NCBI GenBank assembly: GCA_016926735.1
Contig: JAFGOA010000068.1
Span: forward strand, 1-22,212
DNA: 22,212 bases
Direction of reading: 5' to 3'
DNA from: Promethearchaeota archaeon
GTDB lineage: Archaea; Asgardarchaeota; Lokiarchaeia; Sigyniarchaeales; SOKP01
Every line of letters begins with the position of its first letter. Within the stretch, counting starts at the first letter, position 1. This document shows positions 8,352 through 18,363 of the stretch, piece after piece. Position numbers and translations under genes: made by a program. Under the pieces are notes generated by a model. That model worked only from the letters and a program-made list of their open reading frames with translations. It was not told the origin of the DNA and searched no databases.

Positions 8352-8391
8352 AATAATATGAAAAAATCATATAATAATATGAAGAAATCAT
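8352..8391. promoter_or_regulatory. Tandem 19-bp direct repeat (21-bp period), each copy containing the palindrome ATGA-N5-TCAT; putative operator
   Basis: AATAATATGAAAAAATCAT (8352-8370) and AATAATATGAAGAAATCAT (8373-8391), 18/19 identical, in the divergent region between the peptide gene and mtnA. Confidence 0.5.
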
Positions 8392-8548
8392 TACATATTA
8401 CTGAGATTTTTAAATATGAGAAAATTAGATAAAAGTATGAAAAGTATTAAAATAAATTATTCAAAAAATCTTTTATAAGGTTTTTTTTAGATTGAAGTAT
8501 TCATTAATTATAATTACAATTTAAATTAACATAAATAGTATAAATAAA

Positions 8549-9583
8549 ATGATTCCATCGATAGAATGGGTAAATCAAAATAATCGATCTATAGTCAAAA
8601 TGATTGATCAGACGGTTCTTCCCCATGAATTAAAATTTTTAGAGTTATCTGATTATAGAGATGTTGCAAAATCAATAAAAGTAATGAATATTAGAGGTGC
8701 TCCGGCAATAGGAGTTGCTGCTGCTATGGGAATGGCATTAGCAGCATTAGAATATAAAAATTTATCAAAAGATGATTTCCTAAAAAAAATGAAAGATGCT
8801 GCTAAAACGATTAGAATGACACGTCCAACAGCTTCTAATTTATTTTGGGCGTTGAATCGGATATTAGAAGTAGTTGATAAATCAATTGGTACTGTTAATG
8901 AAATTTGTGAAGAAGTTGTTGAAGAAGCAATATTAATGGCTCAGGAAGACATAATAGTTAATAAAAATATAGGAAAACATGGAGCAGAATTAATTAAAGA
9001 TGGAGAAACTATTTTAACTCATTGTAATGCAGGTTCTCTCGCAACTGTGCAATATGGAACTGCCTTAGCTCCTATTCGGACAGCTATTGAGCAGGGAAAA
9101 AAAATATCAGTTATAGCTGACGAGACCAGACCAAGATTACAAGGAGCAAGATTAACTGCCTTTGAATTAAATTATGATAATATACCTGTAAAAGTAATTT
9201 CTGATACTTCTTCAGGATTATTAATGAAATTAGGAAAAATAAATAAGATAATCGTGGGTACGGATAGAGTCACATCTGATGCTGTTTTTAATAAAATCGG
9301 TACGTATCTTGTAGCTTTAGCAGCAAAAGACAATAATATTCCATTCTATGTAGCAGCCCCCACTTCGACCTTATCCCTTGAAGAAACGATAGATGATGTC
9401 GAAATTGAACAACGAGAGGATAGTGAGGTATCATGTGTGTTAGGTAAAATACGAATTGTCCCTGAAGGTGTAGAATGTTTAAATTATGCTTTTGATATTA
9501 CAACATTTGAACTTGTCACAGGTATCATAACAGAAGATGGTGTATTTACAGCTGAAAAACTACTTGAAAAATACAGAAAATAA
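8549..9583 (+). CDS. mtnA: S-methyl-5-thioribose-1-phosphate isomerase (eIF2B-alpha-like family)
   Basis: DQTVLP, IRGAPAIG, TRPTASNL, THCNAGSLAT, DETRPRLQGARLT, GTDR, NKIGTY, NYAFDIT. Confidence 0.92.
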   Translation: MIPSIEWVNQNNRSIVKMIDQTVLPHELKFLELSDYRDVAKSIKVMNIRGAPAIGVAAAMGMALAALEYKNLSKDDFLKKMKDAAKTIRMTRPTASNLFWALNRILEVVDKSIGTVNEICEEVVEEAILMAQEDIIVNKNIGKHGAELIKDGETILTHCNAGSLATVQYGTALAPIRTAIEQGKKISVIADETRPRLQGARLTAFELNYDNIPVKVISDTSSGLLMKLGKINKIIVGTDRVTSDAVFNKIGTYLVALAAKDNNIPFYVAAPTSTLSLEETIDDVEIEQREDSEVSCVLGKIRIVPEGVECLNYAFDITTFELVTGIITEDGVFTAEKLLEKYRK

Positions 9584-9612
9584 ATTTAATCTTATTTAAG
9601 GAGAATTATTGT

Positions 9613-10617
9613 CTAATTTATCAATAAATCTCCATTAAAGATTTTATTCAAAATAAATTTTAAACTCTGTAGATTTCTAGTTTTACTTAATTCAGTTCTA
9701 TATACAGTAGAATTCTGAATATATTTTGTGTGCCATATAGAATTTCTTTTTAACTCTTTAAATTGGAATTCTTCTATGCTTGATTTTAAAGATACTTTAG
9801 ATGCAAAATTTTTAAGAATTTTCTCATATAATACTAAATTTTCTTTCATTACTTTTAATGATCTATTTGGAGAGTTATAGATACCTTTTGAAAGATAATC
9901 TTCAATTTGAGAAAATATTTGGGGATTCCCCATAGAAGCTCTTCCTATCATGATTCCGTCTACTTTTGTATAATCCATCATATGTTTAGCTTTTATTGGA
10001 GAATTAATATCTCCATTTCCAATAACAGGAATAATTATACTTTCTTTGATTTTTTTCAACGTATCCAAATCAAGAGTTTCTGGATCAAATCTATCTTTTA
10101 CTTTTCTTGCATGGATAGTTAAAAATTCCAAATTTGAATTATTGATAATTGCTGAAAATTTTTTGATATCCATTAATTTTTGGAAACCTAAACGAGTTTT
10201 TAAAGAGACTGGTTTTGAAGAGTATTTAACAGCAGAATTAATTATTTTTTCTAATGATTCCAAATCTTTTATCAAAAATCCTCCTTGTTCTGCACTAAGA
10301 GATCTTGAAGAAGCACAACCTGCATTTATATTAATAACATCATGATTATAACTATTAAGAAAATCTAAAGAATTCTTGAAATCATTAGGATGATTCCCGA
10401 TCAATTGGATAGAAATAGGTTTTTCTTTTTCAATTAGGGCTAGATTATAATCAATTTCTTTCTGATTTTTAATGATTCTTTGAGTATATATCATTGGAAC
10501 CTCTACTAGTCCAATTTTTTGAAATGATCTACAGAATCGTCTATAAGGCGCAGTTGTAACATTTAATAAAGGTGCTAAGAATAGCGTATTACTTAAAGAT
10601 AATGTACCTAGTTTCAT
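9613..10617 (-). CDS. dus: tRNA-dihydrouridine synthase (Dus family, DusB-like)
   Basis: LFLAP, PISIQLIG, ININAGC, PVSLKTRLG, TIHAR, IPVIGNGDI, DGIMIGRASMGNP. Confidence 0.9.
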   Translation of the reverse strand: MKLGTLSLSNTLFLAPLLNVTTAPYRRFCRSFQKIGLVEVPMIYTQRIIKNQKEIDYNLALIEKEKPISIQLIGNHPNDFKNSLDFLNSYNHDVININAGCASSRSLSAEQGGFLIKDLESLEKIINSAVKYSSKPVSLKTRLGFQKLMDIKKFSAIINNSNLEFLTIHARKVKDRFDPETLDLDTLKKIKESIIIPVIGNGDINSPIKAKHMMDYTKVDGIMIGRASMGNPQIFSQIEDYLSKGIYNSPNRSLKVMKENLVLYEKILKNFASKVSLKSSIEEFQFKELKRNSIWHTKYIQNSTVYRTELSKTRNLQSLKFILNKIFNGDLLIN

Positions 10618-10768
10618 TATGGAAATAGAAGTTTATTTAGTTATGAAATTTATTTATATAAAGGATTGATTTTTAAGAAATGAATAATATTTTTATTAGA
10701 TAATATTCCATATAATTTGAATTTAGTCAAAAATTTATTTTAACTAAGTTAAAAAGATGAACAACTAA

Positions 10769-11269
10769 ATGAATCAATTTAAACTAAACAATGAAAATAT
10801 TAATGTTGAATTTCATTCTGGAGATTCATTAAATATAACTTCAGAATTTAAATTCTATCATAATAAATTAAAATTTCGAAAAGAAATTAATACTCTCCAA
10901 TTTCTTTTTAAAAAATATTTAGATAATCCACTTCAAGCAACAGGGATTCGAGATTCATATCTAGATGAGGAATATTCGAACAATTTTCTTATTCTAATAT
11001 TTTCTACTTATGAAAATATTAAAAATCTTAATATATTTATGAAGAAATACAAGGAACTAGAGATTGATAAAAGTTGTTTTTTTACAGAATCAAATTCAGA
11101 ATATATAATATTATTATCAAAAGATATAGAAGGAATAAAAGAAGGAATTCATATTTTAGAAGAGGTTTTTAATCAAATATTAACAAAATATTTCGAGAAT
11201 AGAAATTTTAATGAATATATTCAAATTTTTCCATTTAAAATAGATAATTCTAAAATAAGAAAAGGATAG
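10769..11269 (+). CDS. Hypothetical protein, possibly a stand-alone GH20 domain-2 (zincin-like) fold
   Basis: 166-aa ORF. The C-terminal IILLSKDIEGIKEGIHILEEV..FPFKIDN resembles the end of the N-terminal domain of beta-hexosaminidases. The fold call is tentative. Confidence 0.55.
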   Translation: MNQFKLNNENINVEFHSGDSLNITSEFKFYHNKLKFRKEINTLQFLFKKYLDNPLQATGIRDSYLDEEYSNNFLILIFSTYENIKNLNIFMKKYKELEIDKSCFFTESNSEYIILLSKDIEGIKEGIHILEEVFNQILTKYFENRNFNEYIQIFPFKIDNSKIRKG

Positions 11270-11336
11270 ATAAGAAAAATTAAGTTTTTTTAAAGAATAA
11301 CAATGAAAATTAATTATAAATAGAATTTACTTTAAT

Positions 11337-13058
11337 TTATTTAGTAAATTTCCATGGTTTTTGTTTTTTTAATTTATACGCTTTTTCTGCATATTCTTCA
11401 ATCATTCTATGGGTATTAAAGTAAGCTGCTAGTGATATAGCATTTTTAGCCTTAAAAAGCCATTCATCATGATTCATATATGTTGGGATTACTTCATTTT
11501 CTAAAATATCATAAATATCTTGAGCATCTCTTTTCCAATCATTAATCGTTTCATCTTTTGCATATTCTTCTGGAAATTTGCCAATTGCCCAGCCTGCAGA
11601 CTTATTCATATGATATCCTTCAATCCACCATCCATCTAAAACACTTAAGTTTAAAACACCATTCAAAGAAGCTTTCATTCCACTTGTCCCGCTAGCTTCT
11701 CTATATCTTTCGGGATAATTTAACCAAATATCTACACCAGAAACGAGCATATGAGCTAAATCCATATTGTAATTCTCCATCATAACAACCTTTACTCCAT
11801 AATTATCATATAAATATTCACCAGCTTCAAAGATCTTTTTTATATAACCTTTTCCTTCTTGATCTTTTGGGTGTGCTTTTCCAGCAAAAATAAATTGGAT
11901 TTTTCCTTTACATATTTTACCTAAATGATCTAAATCATTAAATATTAAAACAGCTCTTTTATATGTTGCAAATCTACGGGCAAAACCAATAGTTATTAGT
12001 TCTTCATCCAATAGATTCCAAGAATGCCCCTTTTGGTAATTAATTAAATTAAATTTATTTTCAATATGAGCATCAAATAAATCCAAATCATCAATTTCAA
12101 TAGCATTTTCCAAGATGGATGGATTCGATTTCCAATTAGGCCATTTTCTATCAAAGATTTGTTTTATTGGTTTTGAAATCCAGAAAGGTAAATGTACACC
12201 ATTGGTAATAGCATCTATTTCATAATCAGGAAACATTTTTCTTGTCACAATTCCATGTTTTTTCGAAACTCCATTTATATATCTTGCACTATTCATCGCT
12301 AGAATCGTCATATTAAGATCTCCATTCTCCATTCCTAATTTAAGCATTTCTGGAGGAAATCTATCAATAAATACTTTTTTTACCAGATCTAAACCAAAAC
12401 GATCATGACCTGCCGGTACGGGTGTATGAGTTGTAAAAGCTACTTTTTCTTTAACTTTTTTAATATCATTATTGTAATTTCTATATATTTCCAATGTTGA
12501 AAAAGCTCCATGTCCCTCATTTATGTGATATGTCTGGATATTGTTGAACCCTAATGAATGTAATAATCTAACTCCGCCGATTCCCAATATCATTTCTTGA
12601 CAAATTCTATTCCATCTCGATGTAGAATCATATAGTGAACCAGTTAATTTATGCATCCATGGTTCATTACCTTCAACATCAGTTGTTAAAAGATATATTG
12701 GAATCACATGTCCTGATTGGCCAATAACTCGATAGAGCCATGCACTTACCTTAATTTCTTTATTTTCTATCATCATAGAAATTGGTTCTTCTACTTTATC
12801 AAATTCATAGAAAAAACTCCATTCAATTTCTCTTTCTTTTTGTTCTCCTTTTTCATTAAATAATTGATAAAAGTATCCTGAACTATAGCATAAACAAATT
12901 CCAACCATCGGTATTTCTAAGTCTGCAGCAGATCTAACAGTATCTCCTGCTAAAACACCTAAACCTCCGCTATATGTTGGGATGTTGCTATCAAATGCAA
13001 TTTCCATTGATATATATGCAACATTTGTATTATCTTTTAAATTTTGATCGATTTCCAT
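11337..13058 (-). CDS. glgP: Alpha-glucan (glycogen/maltodextrin) phosphorylase, short form
   Basis: AYISME, YSGGLGVLAGD, HINEGH, FTTHTPVPAGHD, ITNGVH, GFARRFATYKR, AGKAHP, and the PLP-lysine motif EASGTSGMK. Confidence 0.95.
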   Translation of the reverse strand: MEIDQNLKDNTNVAYISMEIAFDSNIPTYSGGLGVLAGDTVRSAADLEIPMVGICLCYSSGYFYQLFNEKGEQKEREIEWSFFYEFDKVEEPISMMIENKEIKVSAWLYRVIGQSGHVIPIYLLTTDVEGNEPWMHKLTGSLYDSTSRWNRICQEMILGIGGVRLLHSLGFNNIQTYHINEGHGAFSTLEIYRNYNNDIKKVKEKVAFTTHTPVPAGHDRFGLDLVKKVFIDRFPPEMLKLGMENGDLNMTILAMNSARYINGVSKKHGIVTRKMFPDYEIDAITNGVHLPFWISKPIKQIFDRKWPNWKSNPSILENAIEIDDLDLFDAHIENKFNLINYQKGHSWNLLDEELITIGFARRFATYKRAVLIFNDLDHLGKICKGKIQFIFAGKAHPKDQEGKGYIKKIFEAGEYLYDNYGVKVVMMENYNMDLAHMLVSGVDIWLNYPERYREASGTSGMKASLNGVLNLSVLDGWWIEGYHMNKSAGWAIGKFPEEYAKDETINDWKRDAQDIYDILENEVIPTYMNHDEWLFKAKNAISLAAYFNTHRMIEEYAEKAYKLKKQKPWKFTK

Positions 13059-13208
13059 ATTGACTCAACTAAATAATTGATAATTTTTGATTGATTTTGC
13101 ATTTTTTTTATATTATTATTTTATGTAATATTTTTAAAGGAATTTAAATGATTACTTAAACAAAAATAGATATTATTTATAAAATATTATAAAATTGATT
13201 TAAATTAT

Positions 13209-13844
13209 TTATAATTTTAGAGATGTTCCTTCCAAAATTTCTACATTTATATTAGGGTTTTTTTTATTCAGTAGGATTTTAAAGTCAGTCAGATCTTTTC
13301 CCCAATTATGCATTGGTATAACTATATTAGGATCAATATCTATTGCCGCTTCACACGCTTCTTCAAAATCCATAGTATATGTACCACCACAAGGAAGAAA
13401 TGCAACAGTGATACCTCTCAATTTAAGTTCCGTCATTTCTGGTATTTTTTCTGTGTCTCCAGCATGATAAATTTTTTTTCCCTCAGTTTCAACTATAATT
13501 CCAGCAAATTGTCTACTTTTAGGATGAGTCCCCTTTCTAATAGTATAAGCAGGGAATAATTCGATTTTAACATCCTCTTTTTGATAACTTTCTCCAATTT
13601 TTAAAGGAATTCCATTAAAACTTTTTAAATCTGAAGAAATGGAATCTGGTCCAATTATCACAGTACTTTCTTGATACACATTATTAATAGCTCCTTTATC
13701 TAAATGATCATAATGATTATGGCTTGAGACTATAAAATCTGCTTTTTCTTCATTTTCAGGTATTTGATATGGATCCAAATATAGTATTTTTCCACTTTTA
13801 GTTTTAATTTTAAAACACGCATGTGAAATCCATTTTATTTCCAT
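13209..13844 (-). CDS. MBL-fold metallo-hydrolase (UlaG/UPF0173-like)
   Basis: WISHACF, YLDP, SHNHYDH, YHAGDT, IPMH. Start moved to the ATG at 13844, which is preceded by GAGTGA. Confidence 0.88.
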   Translation of the reverse strand: MEIKWISHACFKIKTKSGKILYLDPYQIPENEEKADFIVSSHNHYDHLDKGAINNVYQESTVIIGPDSISSDLKSFNGIPLKIGESYQKEDVKIELFPAYTIRKGTHPKSRQFAGIIVETEGKKIYHAGDTEKIPEMTELKLRGITVAFLPCGGTYTMDFEEACEAAIDIDPNIVIPMHNWGKDLTDFKILLNKKNPNINVEILEGTSLKL

Positions 13845-14012
13845 GTTTATATCACTCTTTTTTTTTATAAATTCTCTCTGCATTGAATAAATATAAAGAA
13901 CCATTGAAGTTTTTTACTGATAATTTTAATGATTAACATAGTTCATAATTAAAAAATCAATATATTTTATAATTTAAAAAAAAAATCTTTTTCTAGTATA
14001 TAAATGTGATCT

Positions 14013-14888
14013 CTATTGTTTTCGCTCTGCTATGATAAACACATGGTATTCTGGTACAATTGGTTCATCAATACCTATATACTTTGTTTCAATTACATTA
14101 AAACCGTAATTATTTAATTCTTTCTCCCATTCTTTCAATTTAAGAAAATTCAGAGGAATATTAATATCCGCACCCCGAATTATACGATTATAAAACCAAT
14201 CCATAAAACAATTTGTGATTCTAATATCCTCATCTTCAATATATCCTTCTAAAATTACTAAACGCTTTTTTGTAACTCTAGCTGCTTCTTTTAATAAATC
14301 TAAAGGATTATTTGCATGATGGAGAACAACAAATATAATTGTAGTATCTACTTCTTGATCTTCTAAAGGAATCTTATCTCCCTGATTATATAATAACAAT
14401 GGAAGATCAGTATAATTATAATCAACAACATCAACAAGAAAAACCTCCTTCCCAAGACGTTCTTTGATCTCTAATGCTAATAGACCATCTCCAGCTCCAA
14501 GATCAAGAACCTTTTCTCCTACAACATAATCTTTAACTTTTTCAAAACTTCTTTTTCCACGTTCTAATGTATTTTTTGTTCTATCTTTTTCTTCATCCAT
14601 ATGTCTTTTTAGGAAAGTTCTTATTTCTGCTTCTATTTGAGAGAGTCGTTTTCCTTTTTTAATACCTTTCGTTATTTTTCTATTTACATAAGTCCAAAAT
14701 ACTTTTCTCCTTACACTATTGACATGAGCCTCTTTTAATGCTTTCATCATTAATAAACGAATTTCCTTCCAATAATGAATATCTTGTTCAGTTCTTTTTA
14801 AAAAAATAGGAAATACTATATTTTCAACAATATCAAGATCATTTTGATCTTTTGTTTTTTGTATCTTATTTGATATAACTCCTGTCAT
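14013..14888 (-). CDS. Class I SAM-dependent methyltransferase with helical N-terminal extension
   Basis: Motif I VLDLGAGDG, LVDV, FVVLHH, LLKEAARV, LVILE. Confidence 0.88.
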   Translation of the reverse strand: MTGVISNKIQKTKDQNDLDIVENIVFPIFLKRTEQDIHYWKEIRLLMMKALKEAHVNSVRRKVFWTYVNRKITKGIKKGKRLSQIEAEIRTFLKRHMDEEKDRTKNTLERGKRSFEKVKDYVVGEKVLDLGAGDGLLALEIKERLGKEVFLVDVVDYNYTDLPLLLYNQGDKIPLEDQEVDTTIIFVVLHHANNPLDLLKEAARVTKKRLVILEGYIEDEDIRITNCFMDWFYNRIIRGADINIPLNFLKLKEWEKELNNYGFNVIETKYIGIDEPIVPEYHVFIIAERKQ

Positions 14889-15261
14889 TCTTCTTTAAAT
14901 CCATATTATAAAAAGTCTAAAAAAATGGAATAATTCTTTATTTATAAACTTTATATGAACATTTTATTTTTCCATATAGCGTGACATAATTAAATTTCAC
15001 CTAATGAAAATGAGATCATTCCATTTTATACTCATTTAATTTTATAATTTCCTAAAAAAAGAAAAAGTTGTAATTGAAATATTAAAGACTGAAAATTATA
15101 ATATCTGTATTAATACTGAAAAAAAAATTGATGTGATAATTTCTAAAATTGTTATTAGAAGTAATGTCTTTTAAGAGATATAATTAGAGCTTAAAATGAA
15201 TACTATAAATTAAAAAATTTTAAAATTAGTATGATAATCTATTAAATAATTTGAAACTAAT

Positions 15262-15672
15262 TTATTCCTTATGAACAACAGTCTTTTTATCAATAGTTTC
15301 CTCATAATTAAACTTCCATTCGGGACTTTCAAGAGCTATTTTTTTAGAGATCCCAAATTTGTCTGGATTTTTTAAATCTATTTCTTTTAATCTTTCCAAA
15401 AACATCTTGTTTTTAAAGATAGGGATTTCATTCAGAAATGTGGTTTTTTCAATTGGATTTAGATTATTTAATTTTGGAAATCTATCATAATTATTTAATA
15501 TTTTTTCTTTCAAATGTAGATTTTTATCAATATTATCTTTAAACAATTGATTTCTTAAGAATAATGGTTTTTCTCCAATTAAATTTTCTCTTAATAATGA
15601 TTCTGGATTAGTATAATTTGATATTCTGCAGATAGGACAATTAATTTCATCGAGATTATGATTGCACGTCAT
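15262..15672 (-). CDS. Hypothetical protein with N-terminal C-x-H-x6-C-x2-C putative metal-binding motif
   Basis: 136-aa ORF starting MTCNHNLDEINCPIC; remainder not recognised. Confidence 0.6.
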   Translation of the reverse strand: MTCNHNLDEINCPICRISNYTNPESLLRENLIGEKPLFLRNQLFKDNIDKNLHLKEKILNNYDRFPKLNNLNPIEKTTFLNEIPIFKNKMFLERLKEIDLKNPDKFGISKKIALESPEWKFNYEETIDKKTVVHKE

Positions 15673-15855
15673 AATTATATAACTTTAAAGATAATTAAAT
15701 ATTAACTAGAAAAATTAATTGTATCTTAAAATATTTGTTGTTATTGCTTATTGATATTATATACAGAAAAAAACAAAGGCTCTCACATCTTTATTTAAAT
15801 AATTTTAAAAAAATTCAATTATTAACTACATATAATAAACAAGATATATTCAAAA

Positions 15856-16989
15856 ATGACAAAAGCACTAATACTCAGTGGAGGTTGGGGTACACGCCTT
15901 AGGCCACTTACATGTACAATTCCAAAAACGTTAGTTCCAGTTGGAAATAGACCAGTTATAGAAAGATTAATGCTTCTTTTAAAAGAAGCGGGAGTAAAAG
16001 AGATTGTTCTTGCAGTTAGTGTTATGTCTGAGTATTTAAATAATTATTTTGGAAATGGAGAGAAATTAGGGTTAAACCTTCATTATACTAATGAAAAAAC
16101 TCCTATGGGAACTGCTGGAGCACTTAAGTTAGCAGAGAAATATCTAAAAGATGATAATTTCTTCATGATAAATGGAGATATTATAATAAATTTTGATTTT
16201 AAAAAAATGTTAGAATCTCATAAACGTGATGAAGAGATTGGATTAATTGCAAGCCGGATAGTAGAAGATCCTTCGAGATATGGGGTTCTAATCTCAGATA
16301 AAAATAAAAAAATTGAAAAATTCTTAGAAAAAGAAAATTTTAATCCTTCTATTTATGGAAATTCAGATATGCCTGTTAATGCGGGAATATATATACTTGA
16401 ACCACAAATTTTTCATTATATTCAAGCTAATAAAAAACTTTCTCTTGAGAGAGACATCTTTCCATTACTCGCCTCAGAAGGAAAATTATTTCATTATCCA
16501 ATAAAGGGTATTTGGAAGGATATTGGATTACCTTTTCAATTATTAGAAGGTAATATTTTATACATGAATGATGTGATAAAAAAACTAAACTTAGAAGAGA
16601 AAAATATAATTGATAATACGGTTCAATTAGATCCTAGTGGAAAAATAAATTCTCCGATAATGATCGCAAAGAATGTAAAATTGGGGAAAGATAATATTAT
16701 TGGTCCAAATGTAATAATAGGAGAAAATGTTGAAATAGGGAATAAATGTATAATAAGGGATTCTTTAATTTATAATAATGTTCTAATATCAGATAATGCT
16801 CAAATTTCTAAGACTATTATCGCTGACCATAGTATAATACATCATAATGCCACTCTACAAGGTAATAAAGAAAATCTTGTGATTATTTCTTCATATGTTC
16901 AAATCAATAAAAATATCAAATTAATTTCTTCACCAAATCGTGCTATATCTGTATGTCATAATGAAATCGTAAAAACAGATAGAACCTAA
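15856..16989 (+). CDS. NDP-sugar pyrophosphorylase (mannose-1-phosphate guanylyltransferase/GCD1-like) with left-handed beta-helix
   Basis: LSGGWGTRLRPLT..PK, MGTAGA, NGD, YGV, FLEK, VNAGIY, WKDIG, and hexapeptide repeats (IIGPNVIIGENVEIG). Confidence 0.9.
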   Translation: MTKALILSGGWGTRLRPLTCTIPKTLVPVGNRPVIERLMLLLKEAGVKEIVLAVSVMSEYLNNYFGNGEKLGLNLHYTNEKTPMGTAGALKLAEKYLKDDNFFMINGDIIINFDFKKMLESHKRDEEIGLIASRIVEDPSRYGVLISDKNKKIEKFLEKENFNPSIYGNSDMPVNAGIYILEPQIFHYIQANKKLSLERDIFPLLASEGKLFHYPIKGIWKDIGLPFQLLEGNILYMNDVIKKLNLEEKNIIDNTVQLDPSGKINSPIMIAKNVKLGKDNIIGPNVIIGENVEIGNKCIIRDSLIYNNVLISDNAQISKTIIADHSIIHHNATLQGNKENLVIISSYVQINKNIKLISSPNRAISVCHNEIVKTDRT

Positions 16990-17065
16990 TTACAAATAAT
17001 TTAATAAATTTTATTTCTTAATAAAGTACAAATTAGTTTTATTCATTATAGATAAATGAGATATA

Positions 17066-18361
17066 ATGGATTTTTTTCAAATATTAAAATTTTGTTTTGA
17101 TATAGGGACGGGAATAAGTTGTCTATTATTAGCAATAATAACATATACAAAACCAGAAACTAAAAAGATTCCCTCAATATACTTTATAGGTTTATATTTT
17201 ATATTTTTTGCAATTGTTAAATTTTGTGATGGAATTGGTACTTTCATAAGTAATAATTATATTATTCGGATATATGGAATATGTTTTTTTCTATTTGTTT
17301 TGTTTTTAATAATAGCGATAAACTATATAGTTCAAGATAATGCGATATCTTTAAGTCTATTTATTGCCTTTGGTTTTGGAATATTACTTCTATTTATTTC
17401 ACTACAACCAAATATTGGACAAGTAGTTATGAAAAATGGTTATAAATCCGTTCTTGAAAATGATTTGTTTAATGGTTTCATATATGCATTAGCAATAATA
17501 GGAGCATATTACATTTTTTACTGGGGATTGAAAACATGGTTAAATGTTCCCTTTTACATACGAAAAGATGCAATAATATTCTTTATAGGAATAATTTTAT
17601 CCTCAATAATTACAATGATAGTTCAATCATTAAGTATGATAATTCCCACTATGTCAATATTTGTAAATATTACAATTTCATCAGGATCGATAATTTTATT
17701 ATACGTTATTTTTAAAGAGCCTAAACTCCTCTATATTCTTCCGTTTATTATCTATAGAATAATTGTAAGAGATCGAGAAGGATATTCTCTGTATGATCAC
17801 GATTGGACAGAATCTGAAATAAATGATAAATTATTCACAAGGTTTCTAAATGCAATTCAAATAATGAGTGAAGAAATTATGAAAATAGGAGGAGTTTTAG
17901 ATATTAATCTATATGATGGATTATTAATATTATATGAAAGTACATATATTTCTGTAGGGTTAGTCTCTTCAAAATCATCAAAGCTTCTACGAGAAGCAGT
18001 AAAAAACTTTACTAATGATTTTGAAAGATTATTTGAAAGATTATTAAAAAAAAAAAATAGAGACAGAAAAGAATATGAAGAGGCATATAAACTAATAGAA
18101 AAACATTTTTCCAAATTCCCTTATAGAACCTCTAAGGATAAAAACCATCCATTAACATTATCATATAAACAAAAAAAACTTCCTTTGGAAACAGAAAAGG
18201 ATCTTAAAAAAATCTTGGAAGGGAAAGATGAATTTGAAATAATAAAGAATGATATGCTTAAGTGTCCTGATAGTTTATCTTCTGATTTTTTTAATCTTTA
18301 TAAGGATTTAGAGAAAGAAATTGATGATGTAGAGCATGAGGAGGATATGAAAGAGGATTAA
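17066..18361 (+). CDS. Seven-TM membrane protein with cytoplasmic longin-like C-terminal domain
   Basis: Seven hydrophobic segments in residues ~1-220, followed by RIIVRDREGYSLY..KLFTRFLNAIQIMSEE..VGLVS..LREAVKNFTNDFERLF, which fits a beta-beta-alpha-beta-beta-beta-alpha-alpha longin-like pattern. Confidence 0.7.
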   Translation: MDFFQILKFCFDIGTGISCLLLAIITYTKPETKKIPSIYFIGLYFIFFAIVKFCDGIGTFISNNYIIRIYGICFFLFVLFLIIAINYIVQDNAISLSLFIAFGFGILLLFISLQPNIGQVVMKNGYKSVLENDLFNGFIYALAIIGAYYIFYWGLKTWLNVPFYIRKDAIIFFIGIILSSIITMIVQSLSMIIPTMSIFVNITISSGSIILLYVIFKEPKLLYILPFIIYRIIVRDREGYSLYDHDWTESEINDKLFTRFLNAIQIMSEEIMKIGGVLDINLYDGLLILYESTYISVGLVSSKSSKLLREAVKNFTNDFERLFERLLKKKNRDRKEYEEAYKLIEKHFSKFPYRTSKDKNHPLTLSYKQKKLPLETEKDLKKILEGKDEFEIIKNDMLKCPDSLSSDFFNLYKDLEKEIDDVEHEEDMKED

Positions 18362-18363
18362 AT

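Noticed and set aside
8358-8432. 24-aa + strand micro-ORF MKKSYNNMKKSLHITEIFKYEKIR
   Set aside because: Arises from the 21-bp DNA repeat; no RBS or coding signature.
9907-10345. Two + strand ORFs (71 and 99 aa)
   Set aside because: Antisense shadows of dus.
9613-10617. Dus catalytic motif reads NAGCA rather than NxGCP
   Set aside because: The catalytic Cys and other motifs are intact; a single substitution does not support a new function or a pseudogene call.
13308-13559. 83-aa + strand ORF
   Set aside because: Antisense to the MBL hydrolase gene.
15008-15037. 7-bp inverted repeat AAATGAG-N16-CTCATTT in a 373-bp intergenic gap
   Set aside because: Short and AT-rich, so compatible with chance; I found no convincing ORF or structured RNA in the gap.
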